The translations under genes were made by a program, and so were the position numbers. 64,000 bases of DNA from Felis catus (Eukaryota). The DNA lies in assembly GCF_018350175.1 (NCBI RefSeq), contig NC_058369.1, positions 17,982,001 through 18,046,000 of the forward strand, read 5' to 3'. Positions 13,351-26,899 of the stretch are shown one piece after another. The notes below the pieces were generated by a model. It was not told the origin of the DNA. It saw only the letters and a list, made by a program, of their open reading frames with translations, and searched no databases. How positions within the stretch are numbered: the first letter of the stretch is position 1; each line of letters begins with the position of its first letter.

Positions 13351-16024
13351 AGGAGGTAGAGGAATAGCTGGTGGATTCAAGGTTGAGAGGAAATGGGAAG
13401 AAATATTATCCTGACCACGAGGAACAATGAGGCTTGCCTAGGTAAAAGCTCTTCTCTTTCTCTGGACCAGAGGAAGGACCATCTCTGATCCTCTTTTTTA
13501 AATTTTTTTTTTTTTAATGTTTATTATTTTTGAGAGACAGAGGGAGAGCAAGCAGGGGAGGGGCAGAGAGAGGGAGACACAGAATCTGAAGCAGGCTCCA
13601 GGCTCTGAGTTGTCAGTACAGAGCCCAAAGCGGGGCTCGAACCCACGAACCATGAGAACATGACCCGAGCCGAAGTCGGATGCTTAACCAACTGAGCCAC
13701 CAAGGCGCCCCTGAGCCTTTTAATTTTACTAATTTGCTAATACATCACCTGAAAGGATTATCATAGTTCACAAACAATTTAAGAAGAAAAAATTAAGGGG
13801 CGCCTGGGTGGCTTGGTCGGTTATGCGTCCGACTTCAGCCCAGGTCATGATCTCACAGTCCGTGAGTTCGAGCCCCGCATCGGGCTCTGTGCTGACAGCT
13901 CAGAGCTTGGAGCCTGCTTCGGATTCTGTGTCTTCCTCTCTCTTTGCCCCTCCCCTGTTCATGCTCTCTCTCTCTCTGTCTCAAAAATAAATAAACATTA
14001 AAAAAAAATTAAAAAAAAGAAGAAAAAATTAAAAATGAAACCATGAATGATGATACGATCAACTGAAAATGGTCTATTTTTGAGGCATCTGAGGGGTACT
14101 GTTTGCATTTCCAGCCTCATGAAACAGCCTGGTTAGGCTGAGACAGAGATGGGCCAGGAGAGATATTTCCTGCCTCCCTCAGGTCCAGTGATAGATAGTG
14201 CATGCAAGCTGGCTATTCAGACTTTGCAGGATGCCTCTCAGTTTTTAGGGGAGACAGAGCAGAATGAGATGACTACCCCAGTAGCAAAAAACAGGAGCTC
14301 AATGGAAGAATGTCCCTGCTTTTCAAATTGTTAAGTCTGCTAATAGCATCTGAGTATACATCTCACAGAAAGAACATTCCATTGTACATTTAGGAGTAAA
14401 GAAGCCGGACTATATTTTACATTTTTTAAAAAGTTTATTTATTTATTTTGAGAGAGAGGGGGACCACAAGAGAGAGAGGGAGAGAGACATAATCCCAAGC
14501 AGGGTCCTCACTGTCAGCACAGAGGCCAATGTGGGGCTCAAACTCATGAACTACAAGATCATGACTTGAGCCAAAGTCGGACACTTAACTGACTGAGCCA
14601 TCCAGGTACTGCTATTTTACATTTTTATAATTTTTTTATTAAAACATTTTTTTCTTAACGTTCATTTATTTTTGAGAGAGAGAGACACACACAGAGTGCG
14701 ACGGGGGAGGGGCAGAGAAAGAGAGGAAGACACAGAATCCGAAACAGCTTTTGGATTCTGAGCTGTCAGCAGAGCCTAATGTGGGACTTAAACTCGAAAA
14801 TGGCGAGATCATGACCTGAGACGAAGTCAGACGCTCAACCAACTGAGCCACCCAGGTGCCCTCCTATTTTATATTTTTTGTGAACATATCAGGTGTTTCA
14901 ATAAACAGCTTCTGAATGTCTACGTGGCAGGCACTGACTATGTTATCATCCATATGCTAAAATTCACTGGGCTTTGTATTAAATAAATGTCTTTTTTTCA
15001 CAAATGATGATATAGGATCCATATCCCATCCTAAGAATAACCGAAACTCTAATTCAGGACATGGTATGGTACTTCCTTTTTTTTTTTTTAATGTTTATTT
15101 ATTTTTGAGAGAGAGAGAGAGAGTGAGCACAAGCTGGGGAATGGCAGAGAGAGAGGGAGACACAGGATCCAAAGCAGGCTCCAGGCTCTGAGCTGTCAGC
15201 ACAGAGCCCAACGCAGGGCTCTAATCCACGAACCTCCAGATCATGACCTGAGCCGAAGTCAGACGCTTAACCGACTGAGCCACCCAGGCACCCCAACAAA
15301 ATGGTACTTCAATGCTGAATACATGAAACATACTTTTTATAAAGTACAAACCAACTTCTGTCCATATCATCCAGAGAACAGGTAAAACATTCCATCAATT
15401 AGGATAAATGAGCAAATTATGAAAACACTACAAAGTATATAAACATAACATTAAAAAAAAAAACCCAGAGATAAAAATTTGTGTTGATGAACTTGAAAGG
15501 ATGAAATAAAAGAAAACTCTGAAGTGGGCAGCTGGCCAGGGGCCTCCCTGACAGCATATGTGGTCTAGAGAACACCTAGAGACAGGCAGAGATGCACACT
15601 AGCCTCCCACCAGCCCCTGCAATAAGCAGTGGCTTCTGTTCTTTCCACAGCATCTGGGCCCTTGCTGGACACCTGCATTAGCAAGGCACCCACCCTCAGA
15701 CATAATGACCTGTGAAGAAAGCTGGGCTGTAGGAAGAAGCTGGTGGCATGCCGGTGCTGAAGAGTCACAGCATCCAAGCACAACTGTCCAAGGGGGCTTA
15801 GGGCAGCAATCTCTAAATGCTGATGACCATCACTGATCTTCAGGGATGTAGGGAAACTTCTCTTGGTTTCAGCTCAGGTCATGATCTTACGGTTTGTGGG
15901 TTCGAGAACCTGCACTGGGCTCTGTGCTGGCCGCCTGGAGCCTGCCTGGGATTCTCTCTCTCTCCCTTTCTCTCTGCCCCTCCTGTGCTCTCTCTCTCAA
16001 AATAAATAAATAAACTTAAAAAAT

Positions 16025-16645
16025 ACTAAAATGCCCATATTGGAAAAAGAAGACAGGCTAGAAAGTGAAAAGCTAAGCAACCAATTCAAGAGAACTGGGG
16101 AAAAAATAGCAAAACGAAGTCGAAGAAAGGAAATGAGATAAAGACAGAAAGTAATGAAATAGAAAACATTCAACCAGATTAATAAAAGGCAAAAAAGTGG
16201 TTCTTAAAACAGACTGAAAGAATTAGTAAGCCCCTTGCAAGATTGAACAATAAAAAAAAAAGAGAAGGCACAAAACGACAATATCAGGAATTAAGATGGG
16301 ATCATTCTAGATGTTGTAGATACTTAAAAGGTGTTACAGGAACATTCTGACCTACTTTGTGCCAAAAACATTGAATTTTAGATAAAATGAATAAATCCCT
16401 AGCAAAATAGGTCTTACCCAAACACACTGAAGAATAGAAAACCTAAATAGTTTAACAATTAACAACTTAATTTGTGGTCAAAATCTTCCCACAGGGGCAC
16501 CTGGGTGGCTCAGTTGGTTAAGCGTCTGACTCTTGGTTTTGGCTCAGGTTACGATCTCATGGTTCTGTGAGTTCAAGCCCTGTACTGGGCTCCACACCAT
16601 CAGTATGGAGCCCGCTTGGGATTATCACTCTCCCTCTCTCTCTGC

Positions 16646-16684
<39 letters not shown>

Positions 16685-17620
16685 ATAAGTTAAAAAAACC
16701 TCTTCCCACAAAAGAAACATCACTAAGTTCCTTAAGATATCATACAAACTCCTCAGATAATAGTAAGAGAATAGAATCCCATTACGATTCTAACACCCTG
16801 ATATCAAAATCTGACGAGGCTGCTATAAGAAAGGAAAATTACGTATCAGCCTCACTTGGGAACACAGCCAGAAAATCTTTTTTTTTTTTTTTAATTTTTT
16901 TAACGTTTTTTTAAATTTATTTTTGAGACAGAGAGAGACAGAGTATGAACAGGGCAGGGGCAGAGAGAGAGGGAGACACAGAATCGGAAGCAGGCTCCAG
17001 GCTCCGAGCCGTCAGCCCAGAGCCCGACGTGGGGCTCGAATTCACGGACCGCGAGATCGTGACCTGGCTGAAGTCGGACACTTAACTGACTGAGCCACCC
17101 AGGCGCCCCATGAAAATCTTAAACAAAATATTAACAAATTGGATTCATCAACATATGAAATGGATACTACACAATGGCCAAGTCAGTTTATCTTATCTCA
17201 GCAACACAAGGCTGCTTTAAGATTTGAAAATCAAATCAATGTAATCACTGAAGTCTTGTTAATAACAGCTAAAAACTAGAAACACACCTAATCTCCATCA
17301 GCAGTGGGAAGGCAAATAGTTTATTTACATGCTGGAATACTATACAGCAATGAAAACCAACAAACTACAGCTGCACACAACAATGTGGGTGAATGTTGAG
17401 CAAAAGAAGGTACAAATAAAAGAATACATACATTCTAATTCCAATTTAGAAATTAAAGAAAAAGACAGCAAGACTTAGCCATATTGTTTATACACAGGTG
17501 GTAAAAATTATAAAGCAAAGCAAATATATGACTATGATAAAAGTCAGCATAGAGACATAGTGGAGGTCTGTGACTAGGAAGGGCAGAGCAGCTTCTGAGG
17601 TGTGAGGGTATTTCTCTGAA
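16025..17620 (+). mobile_element. Old degraded L1 fragments interrupted by SINEs
   Basis: A-rich ORF2-like sequence and the L1 3' motif tggaatactatacagcaatgaaaa. Confidence 0.7.
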
Positions 17621-18787
17621 AACATCTAAAAAGTAAATTTCTGGATTATAGAATAAATTCAGCTTTATAGAATAAGGATAAACTTCTCTCAAAAGGAGTT
17701 CAGCTAAGTTATTCTCCTATTCACTGTGAATAAAAATTCCTGCTACATCTTGGAATTATCAGATTCTTACCTTTTGCCAAACTAATAGGTATGAAAATAG
17801 TTCTCACTGGGGAGCCTGGGTGGCTCAGTTGGTTAAGCATCCAACTTTGGCTCAGGTCATGATCTCACGGTTTGTGAGTTTGAGCCCCATGTTGGGCTCT
17901 GTGCTGACAGCTCAGAGCCTAGAGCCTGCTTTAGATTCTGTGTCTCCCTCCTCTCTGCCCCTCCCCTGCTCTCACTCTGTCTCTCTCTCAAAAATAAATA
18001 AACATTAAAAAATTAAAAAAAAAAAGTTCTCATTGTGGCTTTTAATTTGCATTTCCTTGATTACTCAATGAAGCTGAAACCAATTCATTTTTCACTGATG
18101 CCAGAACTATACTCTGAGAACACAATTCTCATAATGATATCCTTCCTCTCTCTCAAAAACCTTTGAAAATGCTTTTCAAACATTTCACCAAGTTTTTTTT
18201 TTAATTTCTTTAAGTTTATTTATTTATTTTTGAGAGAGAGAGAGAGAAAGCAGGGGAGGGGCAGAGAGGGAGAGAATCCCAAGCAGACTCTGCACTAATC
18301 CTGATGGGGGCTCAAACTCACGAACCATGAGATCATGACCTGAGCTGAAGTTAAGAGTTGGTCACTTAACCGACTGAGCCACCCAGGCGCCCCTTCAAGT
18401 GTATTTTTGTATACTAGCAATAAATAATTAGAAACTGAAGAAAGGAAAACCACTTACAATATCGTAAAAAATGTAAAATATCCAGGTATAAATTTAACAA
18501 AGATGTGTACGACTTGAAAAGTATAAAATACTACAGAGAAAAAGTAAAAGGTAACCTAGGGGCATCTGGGTGGCTCAGTCGGTTAAGCGTCCGACTTCAG
18601 CTAGGTTATAATCTTATAGTTCATGGATTCAAGCCCCACATTGGGCTCTCTGCTGTCAGCACAGAGCTCACAGTGGATCCTCTGTCTCCCTCTCTCTCTG
18701 TCGCTCCCTTGTGCTTGCTCTCTCTTTCAAAAATAGACATTAAAAAAAAAATGACCTACATAGAGATATACTAAGTTCATGAACCAC

Positions 18788-18966
18788 TGACAGTAAGCTT
18801 TTTTGATTAGAATGTAAGTGACTGACACCAAGCTTTCGATTATTGAGGCAACCATTTCAAAGACACCTACCTTGAATAAACATATTGCCAGCCACACTAA
18901 ATAAAGAGCCAGGCTGCCCCACCTATGAAGTCTCCCTTTTATTTTAAATCTTTATTTATTTATTTT

Positions 18967-19018
<52 letters not shown>

Positions 19019-19638
19019 GCGCGAGCGCGAGCGCACGAGCGGGGGAGGGGCAGAGAGAATCCCAAGCAGGCTCTGTGCTGTCAGCACAGAACCTGATGCA
19101 GGGCTTGAACTCACAAACCATGAGATCATGACCTGTGCTGAAATAAACAGTTGGACGCTTAACTGACTGAACCATCCAGGTGCCCCATGAAGTTTCTCTT
19201 TCAGAAAGCCCTGAGAAATGCAGAAAACTGACCACTTGAGGGACCCCACTTTTCTCTTCCCACAACCCTAATTCCTGCTCTTACGTTTTAAATTTGCCAA
19301 TAAAGAGTGAACCTGCCAAACCCTGGGCAGCCCACCCTCATCCCCAATAAAGACAGAATTCCAGGTCCCCCACCCCCACCCTGTGACCTCACTGTGTGGC
19401 CCTGGGTGTGCCATATACCCTCCAGGATCTGTGAGTAATAAACTTTGTTTTTTCAAAGTTCCTTCATGGTTGTTGCTAAGCCTTGCAGTCATAACAAGAA
19501 CCACAAGGGCCAGTCCAGACACAACACTGGCTCTGGAGAAATGTCTGTGGGGACTTTTGAGAGGTGGTACAGGACGAGGTGAATGCCCCAGGCATTCCTA
19601 GCTGACAGCATCACTACTGATGGCCTGAGACTGACACA
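18788..19638 (+). mobile_element. Solo LTR-like element (probably carnivore ERV) inserted in L1 and itself interrupted by a SINE (18940-19186)
   Basis: Non-L1 block splitting a contiguous L1 motif; TG...CA-like ends; tgtgagtAATAAActttg at 19437. Confidence 0.6.
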
Positions 19639-20124
19639 GAACACTCACTATTGTTACAATGTCAATTTCTCCCCAAATTGATCTATAGTTTCAACATAAT
19701 CTCCCCTGAAAAATCTCATTGGTAGAAAGTATTAAGCTGGTTCTAAAATATATACAGAAATGCAAAGAGCATTGAGGAGCCAAAATAATTATGAAAAAGA
19801 ACAAAAATTTTGGAGGGCTTAAACTATCTGATTTTAAGACTTAGTATAAAAAGTTTTTATAATCAAGACAGTGCAGTATTGGCACAGAGACAGACATGTA
19901 GATCAATGGAACAGAGACCAGAAATAGACCCAAAAACATACGGCCAAATAGTTTTCAGTACAAGTGTCAAGGCAACAAGATAGGATAATCTTTCCAACAA
20001 ATGGTACTGGAACAATTGGACATCCACATGCAAAACCTTGTAAAAACCTTACAACAGTATAAAAATTAACTCAAAATGGATCACAGATCTAAATGTAGGA
20101 GTTAAAACTAGGAGATATCTATAA

Positions 20125-20420
20125 CCACTCTGCTCAACATACTAGCATGTGGCTATGGAGCACTTGAAATATGGCTTCTATAGATTTAGGTGTGCTGTAA
20201 GTACAAAATATACATTGGATTTTGAAGACTGAGGAAAAAAAGAATATAAAATATTTCATCATTAAATTTTTATATCACTTAGACGCTGAAGTGGTATTAT
20301 TTAAAGATATTAAGTTAAATATGTCATATTATTAAAATTAAGTTCACCTTTTGAAAAAAACTTGGCTGCTAAAAAAATTTTAAATTACATCTGTGTCACA
20401 TGATATTTATTGAATGGTGG
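20125..20420. mobile_element. MER33/MER3-type hAT-Charlie element nested in L1
   Basis: catgtggctatggagcacttgaaatatggct...tgtgctgtaagtacaaaatatacattggattttgaagact signature. Confidence 0.75.
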
Positions 20421-21494
20421 CCTAAAGGTAAACATTATGAGAAAATTTTATTGACCTTGCAAAGATTCTTTTAAAATAGGACACAAGAAGAATGAATTGC
20501 AAGAGAAAAAAAAAAAACTACAAACTAGACTCTTCAAAATTAAAAACTTTTGCTTTTTAAAAACTGCCATTAAGAAAATTAAGAGACAAGGCACTGCCAC
20601 AGCTTGGAAGAAATATTTGCCAATCATCTGTCTGATAAATGATATGTACTTAGAACACATAAAGAACTCTTACGACTTAATAATAAGAAGCCAAATCACC
20701 TAACTGTAAACAGGGCAAAAGATTTACAAAAACTTCACCAAAGAAAACATAAGGATGGCAAGCAGTCACAGCAAAAGATGCGGCAAATGCAAATTAAAAC
20801 CAAAATGAGACACCACTTCATACCCACTAGAATGGCTAAAAGTAAAAAGACTGTTGATACTAAATGTTGATGAGGATGCATAGCAACTGGAATTCTGGTA
20901 CAGTGCTGGGAGGATGCAGAGTGGTAGAGGCATTTTAAAAACGGTTTGGCAGGTTGTTAAATATGCTTTTACCATATGGCTTAGCAATTCCATAAAAACA
21001 TATATCCACACAAAGACTTGTATAAAAGTGTCCACTGCAGCTCTATTCATGATTGCCCCAAACTGGAAAGACCTCCAATTCCCTCAACTGGTGAATGGAA
21101 AGATAAATTATGGTATATCCATACAGTGGAATACTACTTAGCAATAAAAATAAACTATCTGCTGACACATACAACATGAAAAAAATCTCAAAAACATTGT
21201 GCTAAGAAATCAGACACAAAAGACCACATTATGATTGCATGTATACGAAATTCTAGAAAAGGAACTTCTGTAGTGTTGAAAAGCAAATCAGTAGCTTCCA
21301 GGAATAAGGGGGTGGAGCAGGGGATTGACTACAAATACACGTGAGGAAACTTCTTGGGGTGATGGAAATGCCCTGTACTATGATTGCAGGGGTGGCTACA
21401 AAACTCTAGAATTGTACACTTAAATTTGGTGATTTTATTGTATATAAAATACACTGTAACAAAGCTGCCAAAACAAGCAGAACAACATAAAGCA

Positions 21495-21612
21495 CAGTTT
21501 CTAATTCAGGAGGTCTGGGGTGGGGCCCAAGAACTTCATTTCTAATGATTCCTATCAAGTTCCCAGATGACACTGATGCTGCTGTTCTTGGGACCTCACC
21601 TGGAAACCCCTG
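21495..21612. mobile_element. MER5A-type fragment
   Basis: aggtctggggtggggcccaagaa...ttcccagatgacactgatgctgctg signature. Confidence 0.75.
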
Positions 21613-22990
21613 TCTAGGGACACTGTCAAAAGGGGTCTATAATAAGCTGAGGTCATCTTAATTTGTGCCCATTCGGCACCATCTAGCACTCTCATCTTCA
21701 AGAGCACAGACACTCCAGAGAACACTGTAGCTTCTCATACCTCTTGACATACCTTCTAAAAACCTGCTGACATACCTCCTGAAGGCCTGGGGCTTTCAGG
21801 ATGACATGAAGGCCCTTTGGGAGTAAATTAAAGCATCTCAGGTTCAGAAGCAAATGTGACTAGTCAACAGGTCCCATTCCTGCAACTCAGTGCTACATTC
21901 TTACCATACCAGGACACCTGTCCTGGAACACAGCTCACACCCACAGGCCTTGTTCATATTGTTCTCTTGCCCTGAAAGACCTTTCCCTGACCTCAACTGC
22001 TGAAGCTGCACTTATTCTTTAAGCCCAGCCCAAATGGCATTTCCCCTACAAAACATTACAGAATACTTCCTTTCCTACATTCTCACTGTCATTTACACAT
22101 TCCTTCATTATAGTGTTTATATCTGGTCCTACTTGTATATTGTAATAAGTGTTTAGAGAATCAAACTAATTTCTAATTGAAGGAACTATTAACAGCAGGA
22201 GTCCTAAAAAACAAAGGCATTTCAAAAGGCCATATAGTTTTTTTGTTAGTCCTTTTTCTCTGGGAGTTTCTCTCTCGCCTGCTGTGATTAATAAGCCTGG
22301 TACAGGGGTGGGCTCAGGATTTAGGCTTCACCAATCTGTCTTTCCTCCTCCTAGCCCCAGCTCTGGCTTCATAATGGGGAACACTATCCAACCCAGGCCA
22401 ACCAGGTATCTTCCCAGTGCTCTTACCAAACCACAGGCAGAAGTTTACACCTGGAGAAGTCTTTACACATAATTAAAAACATCATCATAGCAGACAAGGA
22501 AAATTATTACACAGTATTCGTCACAACGATCCAGGTCACTGTGTGATGATCCTCACAGCATCCAAGAGTCACAAGAGAGAAAGGCACAAAGGAAACATTA
22601 AAGACAACTTACAAATCTGATCAATTACTGAGGACTGAAGGCTGGCTTGTGTTGGATTGGCTAAGAGGGCACCTTTGTGCCAAACATAGAAGGTAAAGGG
22701 CACAACCCTTCAACTTTCTCCAGACTTTAACACCAACGGATGAAGTTTACTCAGGGTCAAAAGAGAACTATGTCCAAAAGAACAAACACCAGAAGCCACA
22801 GAAAGGTGACTGGAGGCAAGAGACGTGCATATGTCCGTGAGAGGAACATCAACGGGCTTCAGAGGACTCTGCAGGAAGTGTGCCCTAGTAGATGGCAACA
22901 TGAGCTCCCAAAGTGAGAGGACAAGGGTTGCACTAGTCCTTCAGGAGGGTTGACTCTCTCAGGAAAGGAGCTGCACAGGGCCCTACTCAC

Positions 22991-23065
22991 CTGTGTGATT
23001 ATGCGCTCTCCGTCCTTATAGATCTTCTCTCCTATTACATCCACAATCTTCATTCGTTCTGACAC
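22991..23065 (-). CDS. PRKAR2A: PRKAR2A coding exon 8 (75 nt): [25 protein letters not shown]
   Basis: Inside ORF 22859..23074(-); cag|GTG...CAG|gtgagt; 168-nt intron to exon 7. Confidence 0.98.
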
Positions 23066-23197
23066 CTGAAACAATGGACATACTCACAAACTCTAAGGAA
23101 AAGACCTCAACTGAAAGTCACAAATAATATCTATACAACACAGAAATGGGTTAGAATAGTACAATTTGAAAGCTTAATAGATTGGTTTTAAATCTTA

Positions 23198-23335
<138 letters not shown>

Positions 23336-26300
23336 CTACAAGAAAGAACATGAAAATTCTGGTAAATGCCTCTGTAAGAGAACATCTATGGATGGTTTAA
23401 TTAACTGGGTGACAGCAAATATCAGAGGACCATGGAATGTACCGGGCCAACTGAGTGTTTGATGACATTTTAATCTGAGTCAATGCTGGAAGAAAAAGAC
23501 TTGGAGCTTGTTGTGTCAGACAGATGTCCCACACATCATTGCTTGCTATCTGGTACTCCATGAGTGCCACCTATGGGTCATAAATAGAATACGAAATACA
23601 AAACTCCCAATCGAATACTTGTAAGCTCACAGTCATTGTTCGATGTGAAAAGATGCACCTTTAGAAAAAGGAGATAAAACAATCTGAGGGCTCTTGCCCT
23701 GAAAGACTTTACAATCTCAATGGGGAGACAATATAAAATATTGGGAATAAAAAAGCTACAGTCCAAGACAGCATATGAAATGTGCTAGGTGAACTATAAA
23801 GACAAGAGTTAGTGTCATGAGAATTCTCAGGAGGGAGAGAGTGTCCCTAGTCACAGTTAGGCTGGAGTAATCAAAGATAGTCTTGTTGCAAAAATATAAA
23901 TTTTGGGGAGACCTAGAGTAAGGGGAGGATTTAAATTAATGGAGAGAGAGGGGAGGCAGGAATGTGAAAGGTCACTCGACCCCAGCAAGTCATGGAGACA
24001 GCTAACCAGAGCTATAGCCAGGCTCCTCTCAGATACGTGTATATGTGTGTAGGGAGGGACACACAGTCAGGAGAAGGTTAATTGCTTAGTTTTAGGTTTC
24101 TTGTATCTAAGTTAATTGTACCTTTTGTCCACCTCAGGCTGTCAGGAGTAGAAAGATTTTTTTTTCTTTCAGAGTACATAAAGAAATCCTAAAGGCCAGC
24201 AGAATGAAACACAGCAAGGGGGTTAGGACATGTTTAACTGTAGGTTTTCTATTTTAGTATTCTCTATGATGGGGTGGTAGTGGGGTGGAGACACCACACA
24301 GAAGACAACTGAGTTGAGATCACCCAGGAGCCTTTTAAAAATATAGATGCCCAGGTCCACCCTAGATCTGTTGCTTTATGATTCTCCTCTCCCTCTGCAG
24401 GGCCTACACATGAGTTCACAGCTTTGCTGCTCAGAACATTGTCTATCTGTATCAGGCCATTGTCACCGTAAAACTGGCTCAGATTAGAGGGAACGTACTT
24501 GTGCACAGAACTAATTAAAAAGTCCTGCATCTCTTGCTGCCTGCCTGCTTTCCTCCTCATGGACCCATTGTGCAGAAGGTGCTGACCACACAGCCCCCAG
24601 GAGTTCTAGACCCACACCCCCCAACTCCCAGGCCTGGGGAATGCAGGCATTTCTCTTCCCTAGAGGTTTCAATCAGATTTTGGCCTGACTCTCCTTGGCT
24701 CACGCTGGGTCCCCTGCGCTAGATGAACTAACTAATCATATGGCTGGGCAGTTTGCACTGTGCCTGGCCAGGCTGGACTCATGTGTCCCCTGGGCTGGGG
24801 TGGAGTAGGAAGGAGAGGGAAGGCTCCCCTGGAAAGATGCTGGGCCACAACAGACCCTAGGGTTTCTGATGCGCAGCCAGACTGAAGTACACCAACCAGA
24901 TACAGCCATGTTGGGGACCACGCAGTCACAGGCATGACACCCCCTCCCTTACATCCCCCCCAAGTGTTAGAGGCATGCAGCTCCCTGAGAGTTGAAACTC
25001 TGTTCAACCTGGTGCCCAAGCCCTGCAAACCTCTAACCCCAGCCCCATGGCTTCCCTGGCTAGGACTGCCATATCCTAAAATGGAAATAATACGCACCTC
25101 TGAGGGCACAGACAGGCCTTATACTCCTAGCATGAGCTATGGCGGACTGCAACCCTCCCTCTCAACTGCTGTACAAGTCATGTCTGCTCTCCAGTATATA
25201 GCCAAATTCTGCTCCATTTCTTCTCCATCTGTCTGCTTGAAAAGAGCCATTCAATCTTGGATTGTTCTAATGGGTTGCATCATTTGCCACTACTTTTTTA
25301 AAGTCCAAGGTTAGGGATGTATCATTTAAAATATTACTGTCATACTGTGGAATATTACTCTACTATCTTTAGACTTCAGTTTCTACATGTTTTCTGGGCC
25401 AATCTAGGCATGAGTGCTATGGAAAGAGAACAAGCAATCAGAAGTGAGAAAATGGAAATTATAAAATTCTCTTCCTTCTCTTTGAGTAGGCATTGTCAGA
25501 AAAATCCAGTATTTAAAACACCTACCTATAAAGTCACAAAGATTGCTACAATTGCAATAGCAAACTCTTTCTAGCTGAAGAGAAAACAACTGATAGCTCT
25601 CACAGTGACTTATTTGTGTTCCAACCCTTTCTATGTGTACTTCCATCCTTCTGCTATGCAAGGCCAGCTCCCGTGGCTGCAGAGGGCATGAAAAAGCACC
25701 AGACACCAAGCCAGCTTTCTGGGAACTTCCAATGGAGCTGTGAAGAGGAAACTTGAACTGTGAAATAGTGGCTCCAGCAGGCAGCAAGTGTTCAGAGTCC
25801 AGCAAAGAGCCTGAAGTTTAAAAAAGAGAAGGAATGCCGCCCTCTCCTGTGACTGCAAGTGTTCCCTAAGACGGTTTCTATCGACTTCTACTCTAGCAAA
25901 ACAAAGTGGGAGCAGGGACTAAGTGTAGTGGTCATGGTGGCGGCTGCCCCCAGTAAGGGAAAGAAAGTAGAACCCAACTTGAGAAACTCAAGTGACAATA
26001 CCCCCCTGCTTTGGCCTCAGAAGGCATTTCCAAGGCCTTACAAGTTACAAGTAAGAAGTCAGGCTGTAGAGGACGTTCTGGGAGTCACTATCCTGGAGGC
26101 GGTTCTAAAGCTTTTGAGAGGGCTTGGGCTATTAAGTACGTGAACAAAGAGGGAGAAAAGCAGAGGCCAGAAGGGCATATATATATATATTTAAGTTTAT
26201 TTTTTTTTTAATTAAAAAAAATTTTTTTTCAACGTTTATTTATTTTTGGGACAGAGAGAGACAGAGCATGAACGGGGGAAGGGCAGGGAGAGAGGGAGAC

Positions 26301-26899
26301 ACAGAATCGGAAGCAGGCTCCAGGCTCTGAGCCATCAGCCCAGAGCCCGACGCGGGGCTCGAACTCACAGACCGCGAGATCGTGACCTGGCTGAAGTCGG
26401 ATGCTTAACCGACTGCGCCACCCAGGCGCCCCTATTTAAGTTTATTTTTGAGAGAGAGAGAGAAAGAGGGAGAACCAGCAGGGAAGGGAGGGGCAGACAG
26501 AGAGGGGGACAGAAGATCTGAAGCAGGCTCCACGCTGACAGCAGACAGCGGGATGCTGGGCTCAAACTCATGAACCATGAGATCACGACCTGAGATAAGT
26601 CAGATGCTTAACCAACTGAGCCACCCAGGTTCAGAAGGGCATATTGTTAGGCCACTTAAGACAGAAGCGAAAGGAAGAAAAGACTGCAAAGGATAAGGCT
26701 AGAAAGTAGAAAGACAAGGCAGAGATGTCAGGAGAGGAAGCTTCAGGACGAGAATGGTGATAAGCAGCACCACGATCATGGAGAGCAGGTGTCCCCATTC
26801 TGCAGCACCTACCTTGTGTGGCACCAAGGCTGCCTGTCTTATGCCCCTGCTGAATTCTCATACCCCAACCATGAGGCAGGTGCTTTTACAGTTCAATTT

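Larger units (their letters stand above)
18410..21470 (+). mobile_element. Old L1 (L1M-type) ORF2 3' part and 3' UTR, interrupted by SINEs, an LTR and MER33
   Basis: Motifs ttccaacaaatggtactggaacaattggacatccacatgc, cacttcatacccactagaatggct and tggaatactacttagcaataaaaa; ORF 20914 resembles the L1 ORF2 C-terminus. Confidence 0.85.

Noticed and set aside
22543..22620. GTGATGA ... CTGA resembling a C/D box snoRNA
   Set aside because: Antisense to the host gene, no terminal stem, and no recognisable rRNA guide.
24732..25805. Overlapping 125-133 aa ORFs on both strands
   Set aside because: No domain or coherent splice pattern; intronic.
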